Part shown: in pieces, positions 1-7,862 of the stretch
Layout: every line of letters begins with the position of its first letter
How positions within the stretch are numbered: position 1 is the first letter of the stretch
Source: an uncultured Bacteroidota bacterium
GTDB lineage: Bacteria; Bacteroidota; Bacteroidia; Bacteroidales; P3
Assembly: GCA_902783595.1 (NCBI GenBank)
Contig: CACZRR010000025.1
Coordinates: 1,999-65,998 of the forward strand
Length of the DNA: 64,000 nt
Direction of reading: 5' to 3'
Notes under the pieces: generated by a model
The model's database searches: none
What the model was told of the DNA's origin: nothing
What the model saw: the letters and a program-made list of their open reading frames with translations, nothing else
Position numbers and translations under genes: made by a program

Positions 1-1
1 T

Positions 2-310
2 GATTATTACGCTTTTCAGGATTCTACCGGTAATACTCTGCAATTTACAATAGCTTATAACGAGGCAATGCAAGGGCAAACAATGTACTTACTCGATGTA
101 GGTACAATTGGTTGCCAAACTTCCAATCCAAAAGACTACATGTCTTTATGTGGTAAAAGTTCACCGATAAGTAAGATCAAGCAGATACCTAATGACATGA
201 AAGTTGTAGTTGGTGATATGACCAAAACACAAAAAACTATACTTTGGACCTCTTTTATTATAGGAGCCGGTTCGATTCTGGCCAGTATTTTCTTCATTTC
301 AAGCATGTAA
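2..310 (+). CDS. Partial CDS (5' end outside window); hypothetical protein with C-terminal transmembrane anchor
   Basis: Frame is open from the window edge to TAA at 308-310. The last ~25 aa (ILWTSFIIGAGSILASIFFISSM) are hydrophobic. Segment is AT-rich unlike the rest of the window. No family recognised. Confidence 0.4.
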   Translation, partial: DYYAFQDSTGNTLQFTIAYNEAMQGQTMYLLDVGTIGCQTSNPKDYMSLCGKSSPISKIKQIPNDMKVVVGDMTKTQKTILWTSFIIGAGSILASIFFISSM

Positions 311-408
311 CCACAATTCATTCATCCTCACATATATGTGGTACGACGACATAAAAAACCAAAATTGTTTGGCATAAAAGGGAATAATTTGGGAGAATAT
401 GTCGAAAC

Positions 409-451
409 GAAGAAAGACTTGAATCTATGGACTCAAGTCTTTCTTTTATTT
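409..451 (+). terminator. Rho-independent-type hairpin between convergent ORFs
   Basis: Perfect 12-bp stem 411-422/433-444 (AGAAAGACTTGA / TCAAGTCTTTCT) with a 10-nt loop, followed by TTTTATTTG on the + strand. Confidence 0.6.
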
Positions 452-500
452 GTGCATAAGGATTATCCCTCGTATAAGGACATCCTGACAGTGATGCCCT

Positions 501-1094
501 TTATTCCATCAACCCTTGCGCCCACAGGGGGATATCATCGGTATAGCGTTTGATGATTTTGCCGTCGGCAAAGCGGAAGAGGATGCGCGCCTCCTGATTA
601 TCAACGGAATTGTCGTAGATATAGGTACGGTCAACAATGCGAGATAGTTTCACACAGTTGGCAATAGACTTATTGTAGCGCGAGATGATTTTGACAATAG
701 GCACGTCATGGCCACCCTCAATAACACGCTTCGCAATACGAGATGCATTGATGGTCGGAGAGGCGGTGCAGACGAAAAACAACCGCACAAAGAAACCTGC
801 ATCAATCGCACGCTCAATGAAATCAACCTTGTCTGGAGCGGAGAGCACACTTTCGAAAATCATGCTTTTGCGTTCGGCCAGACAGTGTTCGCGCCACTCG
901 GCACAGTATTCTGCAGCCTGTCGTACGGCTTCGGGCGAGTTCCAGTCGCCAAACCGTTCCTGAGCCACTTGGTCGGGATTGATATATACAGAATCCTCCA
1001 GCCATTCATGTTTCAGAATTTTCGAGGTAACGGTGGTCTTTCCCGAACCGTTGGGGCCAGCAATTACGATGAGAACAGGACGATGGTCGGTCAT
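501..1094 (-). CDS. Zeta-toxin-family P-loop kinase (putative toxin)
   Basis: 197 aa with N-terminal Walker A (IAGPNGSGKTT). Size and layout resemble zeta/PezT-like toxins. Its ATG overlaps the stop of the upstream small ORF by 4 nt. Confidence 0.75.
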   Translation of the reverse strand: MTDHRPVLIVIAGPNGSGKTTVTSKILKHEWLEDSVYINPDQVAQERFGDWNSPEAVRQAAEYCAEWREHCLAERKSMIFESVLSAPDKVDFIERAIDAGFFVRLFFVCTASPTINASRIAKRVIEGGHDVPIVKIISRYNKSIANCVKLSRIVDRTYIYDNSVDNQEARILFRFADGKIIKRYTDDIPLWAQGLME

Positions 1095-1270
1095 ACGGCA
1101 GCGGAGGTTTGCTGCGTCATGATGCGCAATTGATCAAAGAAGCGTTTCTCTGCTTCTTTCCAACGTTGACCGGCCTCCTCGGCGGCTTCCTTCATGATGG
1201 TGGAAAGCATCTCGTCGGTGGGTTCCTCCATCGAGGTGAGGCGATATGCGTTCAATTCATTATCCGACAT
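1091..1270 (-). CDS. Small acidic protein, putative cognate antitoxin
   Basis: 59 aa from ATG at 1270 (an alternative start at 1303 gives 70 aa). Acidic/helical sequence (EEPTDEMLSTIMKEAAEEAGQRWKEAEKRF). 4-nt ATGA overlap with the toxin gene. Confidence 0.5.
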   Translation of the reverse strand: MSDNELNAYRLTSMEEPTDEMLSTIMKEAAEEAGQRWKEAEKRFFDQLRIMTQQTSAAV

Positions 1271-1327
1271 AATCGTATTTTTCTCGTTAGAACGCAAGAG
1301 CAAAAGAAATATTGTGTGGCTATGACC

Positions 1328-1365
1328 ACAAAGAAAAGCTGGTGCCGTTGAACGATTTCAACGGC
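1328..1365 (-). terminator. Hairpin terminator at the 3' end of the TrmH-family gene
   Basis: Perfect 9-bp stem GCCGTTGAA/TTCAACGGC (1344-1352/1357-1365) overlapping the stop codon, followed on the minus strand by AGCTTTTCTTTG. Confidence 0.55.
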
Positions 1366-2152
1366 TTCCTTTGCCAAGCTCGTAGAAGGCTACGGCGGCG
1401 GCGGCGGCCACGTTGAGGGAGTCGACGCCGCGGTGCATGGGTATGCGGGCCACATGGTCGCACCCCCCTATCGTCGTGCTGCTGAGCCCGTCACCCTCCG
1501 TACCCATCACTATGGCCAGCTTGTCGGGCCGCTTGAGGAGCGGGTCGTCGATGGCCACGCTGTCGTCGGTGAGCGCCAAAGCGACGGTGACGAAATGCTG
1601 CTGACGCAGCTGGCTGTAGCTGTCGAGGAAGGTCCACGGGATCTGGAATACGGTGCCCATGCTCACACGGCAGGCACGCCGGTTAAGAGGGTCGCAGCAG
1701 GTGCGCGTGAGCAACACGCCATCCATGCCCAGCGAGGCGGCAGCACGGAAGATGGCACCGATATTCTCGGAGTTGACCACGCCGTCGATCACCGCCAGAC
1801 GCCGCGCCGCACCGCACACCGTCTCCACCGTCGGGAGCTGGGGACGCCGCATGGCGCAGAGCAGGCCACGGCTCACAGCATAACCGGTGAGACCTTTGAG
1901 CACCTCGCGGGGGGCGGTGAAGAGGGGCACGTCGAGGGCGAGGGGTCGCGCCTGCGTGTCGACGAATTTCTCCTCACAGAGCAGCGAGACGGGCACCATG
2001 CCCGCCGCCAGGGCGACGCGTATCACCTTGAGGCTCTCACAGATGAAGAGGCCCTCCTCGGGATGCAACCTGTTGAGGAGCTGCGCCTCAGTGAGGCGCG
2101 CATAGGGGGCAAGGCGCGGGTCGTCGAGGGTGGTGATGGGAATGAGATTCAT
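1358..2152 (-). CDS. TrmH/SpoU-family RNA 2'-O-methyltransferase
   Basis: 264 aa. C-terminal SpoU motifs (NSENIGAIFRAAASLG, IVMGTEGDGLS, IPMHRGVDSLNVAAAAAVAFYE). Confidence 0.85.
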   Translation of the reverse strand: MNLIPITTLDDPRLAPYARLTEAQLLNRLHPEEGLFICESLKVIRVALAAGMVPVSLLCEEKFVDTQARPLALDVPLFTAPREVLKGLTGYAVSRGLLCAMRRPQLPTVETVCGAARRLAVIDGVVNSENIGAIFRAAASLGMDGVLLTRTCCDPLNRRACRVSMGTVFQIPWTFLDSYSQLRQQHFVTVALALTDDSVAIDDPLLKRPDKLAIVMGTEGDGLSSTTIGGCDHVARIPMHRGVDSLNVAAAAAVAFYELGKGSR

Positions 2153-2179
2153 AAGTGGGAATTAGTACGTGGGGAGGGG

Positions 2180-2860
2180 TCAGAAGTCGATCCAGTAGTT
2201 GAGGCTGGCGACGAGGAAGAGCTGGCCATAGTTCCTGAGGCTGTAGTCGCGGTGGTTGTAGAAGACGATACGCTTGGCGGCCTGCACGCCCGGCATCACG
2301 TCGCCGTCATCCTTGAAGGGGTTGCCCATCCACCAGACGTTGACGGCGAGGCTCACCTTCTGCCACGCCTTGGCTTCGACGCCGCCCTTGAGGGCGAAGC
2401 CGAACCCCTTCTCGTCATACTGGCGTATCACATTGGGGCGCGTCTGCTTGTAGATGGCCATATCGTGGTAATGCGCCCCCAGCGAGCCGTGGAGCCGCAA
2501 GGCCAGCCAGTCGCACACGGGCAGCTCGTAGGCGGCACCCACCACGAGGGGAAAGAACTGGAAGTAATTGACATAAAGGAACGTGTCGATGGGCGACGCC
2601 TTGAAATCGGGGCTGTCGTAGCCGCTCTGCTTCAGGCCTCCCACCTCGGCCACCAGGAGCCAGCGGGGATGCGCCGCCAGGCGCCGCTCCACACGCAGCG
2701 TGCCAAGGGTGCCGCGACGCAGTTCGGGGGCATCGGCGCTATGCGCCCCCGGCCAGGCAACGCCAAGGCCGAAGCCCACATCCCACTGCGCCCGCAAGGG
2801 CAGCAAAGAGGACACCACAAGGGCCGCCAACAGAAGGTATCTACTGCTATGTCTCATCAC
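2180..2860 (-). CDS. Outer-membrane beta-barrel (porin-family) protein
   Basis: 226 aa. Signal peptide (LLLAALVVSSLLPLRAQ), alternating beta-strand pattern and aromatic C-terminus (LNYWIDF). Confidence 0.7.
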   Translation of the reverse strand: MMRHSSRYLLLAALVVSSLLPLRAQWDVGFGLGVAWPGAHSADAPELRRGTLGTLRVERRLAAHPRWLLVAEVGGLKQSGYDSPDFKASPIDTFLYVNYFQFFPLVVGAAYELPVCDWLALRLHGSLGAHYHDMAIYKQTRPNVIRQYDEKGFGFALKGGVEAKAWQKVSLAVNVWWMGNPFKDDGDVMPGVQAAKRIVFYNHRDYSLRNYGQLFLVASLNYWIDF

Positions 2861-2921
2861 CTCCTCCCAACGGAGAAAAGAACAAAAAATTGCACCGCCG
2901 CCAGAGGAGAAAGAAAAAAAA

Positions 2922-2953
2922 TTTGCATATATATATTTTTATGCGTACCTTTG
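2922..2953 (+). promoter_or_regulatory. Bacteroidota sigma-A-type promoter (TTTG-N20-TAccTTTG)
   Basis: TTTG at 2922-2925 and TACCTTTG at 2946-2953, 25 nt upstream of the ATG at 2979. Confidence 0.6.
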
Positions 2954-2978
2954 CAGCATCAAAAACACCCTTACCACC

Positions 2979-3749
2979 ATGACCCTCAAAGAACGCGAAG
3001 ACAAACTCTTCTCACGCTGGGAACAGCGTGCCCGCAAGCTCCGTGAGAGCGACCTCATCACCAAGGACGGCCTGCTGTTCCGCGGCGATATACATTGGAA
3101 TGGCGTCGCACAGGTGCACGACCCCGCCGACGAAGAACAGCTGTGGCACGACGCCGGCATGCGCCTCCTCATCCTCACCAAGGAACTCGACGAGGAGGAC
3201 CTGTGGGACCTGCGCGCCGAGACGGGACGAGTGCCGTCGCCACGCCTCACCTGCCGCACGGCACAGCACTTCTTCCCCAACCTGGAACTCTGGGCCTACG
3301 GCCTCCTCACCATACCCGAGCGCAAAGTCGTCCCCTTCGGCAAAGCCGACAACGCCACACGCCTGCAGGGCTTCTACGAGAACGCTCCCATAGCACGCGT
3401 ATGCTGTAAGAAACAACCCGACGGCAAAGCCGCCAGCAACAGCGTCTTGCAGCGCCACATGGAAAACTACGCCGACCTGCTGGCAGAACAGGTGAAGATG
3501 TACAACGCCGACATCGTGCTGTGCACCGGCGGCCAGGGCATCATGGTCGACTTCCTGACACGCCACGTGTGGAAAGACCTCGAACAGGTGAACACACACT
3601 GCTACTACACGCCGACCTACCACACCCTCGTCGTCAAGCAGTACCACCCCTGCTACACCGTCTACAGCCGCAAAGATATGTACACCGCCATGATGCACGA
3701 CTACCAGGCGTTCCTGAAGGCCTACCCCCAATTCCCGCAACAACGATAG
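2979..3749 (+). CDS. Hypothetical protein (no recognisable domain)
   Basis: 256 aa from the ATG at 2979. The upstream part of the tracked ORF overlaps the porin gene and lies ahead of the promoter. Coding-like GC3-rich codon usage. 9 nt upstream of ettA. Confidence 0.6.
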   Translation: MTLKEREDKLFSRWEQRARKLRESDLITKDGLLFRGDIHWNGVAQVHDPADEEQLWHDAGMRLLILTKELDEEDLWDLRAETGRVPSPRLTCRTAQHFFPNLELWAYGLLTIPERKVVPFGKADNATRLQGFYENAPIARVCCKKQPDGKAASNSVLQRHMENYADLLAEQVKMYNADIVLCTGGQGIMVDFLTRHVWKDLEQVNTHCYYTPTYHTLVVKQYHPCYTVYSRKDMYTAMMHDYQAFLKAYPQFPQQR

Positions 3750-3758
3750 ACAACAGCT

Positions 3759-5429
<1,671 letters not shown>

Positions 5430-5450
5430 CCCCCAACGTAAACCGTTGCG

Positions 5451-5541
5451 CAAAACGCAAAACGTCAAACGTAAAACGTCAAACATCAAACGTAAAACGT
5501 AAAACGTAAAACGTCAAACATCAAACATAAAACGTCAAACC
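5451..5541 (+). repeat. Tandem array of 13 heptamers (consensus TMAAACG)
   Basis: CAAAACG CAAAACG TCAAACG TAAAACG TCAAACA TCAAACG TAAAACG x3 TCAAACA x2 TAAAACG TCAAACC. It fills most of the ettA-to-lipoprotein spacer. Confidence 0.9.
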
Positions 5542-5564
5542 TTAACCCCAAAAACCTCTTTACT

Positions 5565-6701
5565 ATGAAAAAAATCATGCACCTCCTCTGTGCTGCCATG
5601 CTGCTGGTATCCTTCGCGGCATGCACCGAGAAAGACAACGAGAACGGCGGCGACGGCAGCTACGCCTCCCTCATCATCGGCAAATGGAATGTGGACGTCA
5701 TCACCATCAACGGCAACGACATGACGCCACAGAACATGCAGCTCTCCTTCTCCCGCGACGGCAGCGGCGTCATGATCCACAACGGCGTCAGCGAGAACAA
5801 CGGCTTCTCATGGTCCTTCAGCGGCAACGTCATCAACGTCACCACCCACCGTGACGAGTTCTCCTTCACCGTCGACACCATTTCGTCCAGCTTCTGCGCC
5901 TTCCACGGCAGCTACCTCGTCCTCGATCAGGAATACCACGGCGACATACGCTTCATGCTGAGCAAGGTCAGCGGCGGCGGCAACCCCGACCCGGGCGACC
6001 TCGGCATCGGCACCCCCGAGCTCTCCTACAGCACCTCCAACTCCATCACCGTCCATGCCCACGTCACAGGCAGCGTCGGACAATACCTCGACCAGTTCCC
6101 CAACTACTCCTGCGGCATCGTCTGGTGCCCCTCCTGGGACGGCACACCACTCCTGGGACGCAACAACACCATCGTCGCCAACCCCGACTCCGACGGCAAC
6201 TTCGAGATCTCCATCGCACACCTCCAGGTCGAGTCAGAGTACAACATCGTCTCCTGGCTCAAGCTCACACCCACGAGCGACCCCATCTATAGCGACATGC
6301 GCACCTACTCCACCAGCAACGCCCCCGGACAGAACGACACCAACTGGATCAACCTCATCAGCGCCATGCCCACCGCCAGCAGCACCGCCTTCTCCGTCAT
6401 CATCAAGGCCTACTTCGACGGCGACCCCATAGGCATCGGCGTCGTCTACAACACCAGCGGCAACCCCACCCTCAGCGACAACGTCTACAACGGCTTCGAC
6501 CACATCGACATGCAGACCGGCGAGACCGACGCCACCATCCAGCGCATGCAGGAGAACATCGACGGCTCGCGCACCGTGGCAGCACTGATTGGCGGCGTGC
6601 AGCCCGGCACCACCTACCACGTCCGCGGATACATGCAGTTCTCCGACGGCTCCCCCACCATCTACACCGACGAACAGACCGTCACCACATCCGCAAAATA
6701 A
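5565..6701 (+). CDS. Lipoprotein, function unknown
   Basis: 378 aa. Lipobox signal peptide (LLVSFAAC). Ser/Thr/Asn-rich beta-type sequence. Confidence 0.8.
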   Translation: MKKIMHLLCAAMLLVSFAACTEKDNENGGDGSYASLIIGKWNVDVITINGNDMTPQNMQLSFSRDGSGVMIHNGVSENNGFSWSFSGNVINVTTHRDEFSFTVDTISSSFCAFHGSYLVLDQEYHGDIRFMLSKVSGGGNPDPGDLGIGTPELSYSTSNSITVHAHVTGSVGQYLDQFPNYSCGIVWCPSWDGTPLLGRNNTIVANPDSDGNFEISIAHLQVESEYNIVSWLKLTPTSDPIYSDMRTYSTSNAPGQNDTNWINLISAMPTASSTAFSVIIKAYFDGDPIGIGVVYNTSGNPTLSDNVYNGFDHIDMQTGETDATIQRMQENIDGSRTVAALIGGVQPGTTYHVRGYMQFSDGSPTIYTDEQTVTTSAK

Positions 6702-6736
6702 CGGAGATATTCCCTCACACAAACAGAACCATCCAA

Positions 6737-6768
6737 GGGGGCGCCACACACGTGGCGTCCCTTTCTTC
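6737..6768 (+). terminator. Rho-independent terminator
   Basis: ~10-bp GC-rich stem (GGGGCGCCAC / GTGGCGTCCC) with a 4-nt loop, followed by TTTCTTC. Confidence 0.65.
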
Positions 6769-6855
6769 GCTCAAGGATGTTAGCCATCCAGCAAACAAAA
6801 CACCTGTTGAGAAAAGTGAGATTTCCGTACGCTATCTTGTGGACATTTTGTCCAA

Positions 6856-6944
6856 TTGATGTTCGATTGATGTTCGATTGTTGTTCGATTGTTGTTCGAT
6901 TGGCAATCGAACAACAATCGAACATCAGACGAACAAGAAACGAC
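6856..6944. repeat. Palindromic array of 11-nt units (TTGWTGTTCGA x4, then inverted copies)
   Basis: Left arm has 4 tandem 11-mers; the right arm is their reverse complement. 12/12 bp pair around the centre at 6903, and the stem extends imperfectly to ~40 bp. Confidence 0.9.
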
Positions 6945-7031
6945 CATATAAGCATGTTGATATTGTCCAAAGAGCAAAAAAAATGGAGGCGGAGAGGTTA
7001 GGGAAATAAAAAAAATATGGATTTTTCTTCG

Positions 7032-7039
7032 TATCTTTG
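7032..7039 (+). promoter_or_regulatory. -7 promoter box TATCTTTG
   Basis: Matches the Bacteroidota TAnnTTTG consensus, 53 nt upstream of the ATG at 7093. No clear -33 TTTG. Confidence 0.45.
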
Positions 7040-7092
7040 CCTAACGAAGATATGTCTTTAATAACCATCAACCCTCTTAAATACAGTACACT

Positions 7093-7818
7093 ATGATGAA
7101 AAAAGTGATTACCATCATCGCCCTCGCCCTCTTCATGGGCAGCGCTACGGCACAGGACATCGACGAGAAAAACATCAAGATCGGCGACATCACCCTCGCC
7201 GGCTACGAGCTGACCCTCGACAAGGAGGCACGCCTCACGCAGGACGCCCTGCTGGCACGCCTCAAGGAGGCCGACCTCAAGGCCAAGAAGGACGGCGACA
7301 ATATCGTCGTGCGCGACCAGCTCTTCGCCGAGGTGAGTGCCGACCCCATCACGCTCTATGCCGTGGTCAAGAAGGACGGCAAGGAGCGCTGCACCGTAGC
7401 CCTCTGCGCCACGCCCACCGACCCCGCCATCGACGCCAAGAAGGTCAAGGATGGCGTCCGCCGCTTCCTGCAAAACTTCCCACCCTACGTGACGCGCTAC
7501 GAGGCGGCACGCAATGCGGAGAATGAGGAGGCCGTGCTCAAGAAAGCCCTCAAGAAGCAGGCCGCCGCCGTGGCAGCGGTAGAGAAGATAGAGAAGAGCA
7601 TCAAGAACGACCAGGACAAGATCATCGACAAGAAGAAGGACATCGAGAAGTATCAGGAGAAGATCAAGGAGTGTCAGAAGGACATCAAGGACCTCGAAGC
7701 CAATATCGCCAAGAGCCAGGACAAGAAGGCCGAGGCACAGAAAGAGGTCGAGGCCGAGAACAAGAACGTCAAAACCGTTGAAGGACAGGTCGAGTTCTTC
7801 CGCAGCATGGCCCGCTGA
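7093..7818 (+). CDS. Secreted protein with C-terminal coiled coil, function unknown
   Basis: 241 aa. Signal peptide (IALALFMGSATAQ). Lys/Glu-rich heptad-like C-terminal half. Confidence 0.75.
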   Translation: MMKKVITIIALALFMGSATAQDIDEKNIKIGDITLAGYELTLDKEARLTQDALLARLKEADLKAKKDGDNIVVRDQLFAEVSADPITLYAVVKKDGKERCTVALCATPTDPAIDAKKVKDGVRRFLQNFPPYVTRYEAARNAENEEAVLKKALKKQAAAVAAVEKIEKSIKNDQDKIIDKKKDIEKYQEKIKECQKDIKDLEANIAKSQDKKAEAQKEVEAENKNVKTVEGQVEFFRSMAR

Positions 7819-7862
7819 CAAAACCTTGCAACCAGTTTTCTCTATCTAATGGCACACGCGGT

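Noticed and set aside
338-553. 71-aa ORF in the AT-rich segment.
   Set aside because: It runs straight through the perfect 12-bp terminator hairpin (411-444) and overlaps the 3' end of the zeta-toxin gene. It has no coding-like features.
5434-5541. Possibility that the short-period arrays (here and at 6856, 11737, 12175, 19277 and others) are CRISPR arrays.
   Set aside because: Units are 7-11 nt and directly tandem with no unique spacers, and no cas genes are present. They do not fit CRISPR architecture.
6662-7001. Three overlapping ORFs (6662-6970 minus, 6777-7001 plus, 6780-6977 minus) with repetitive peptides (MFDCCSIVVRLAIEQQSNI).
   Set aside because: They are produced by translating the 11-mer palindromic array. 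They mirror each other on both strands and span a terminator and a promoter box.
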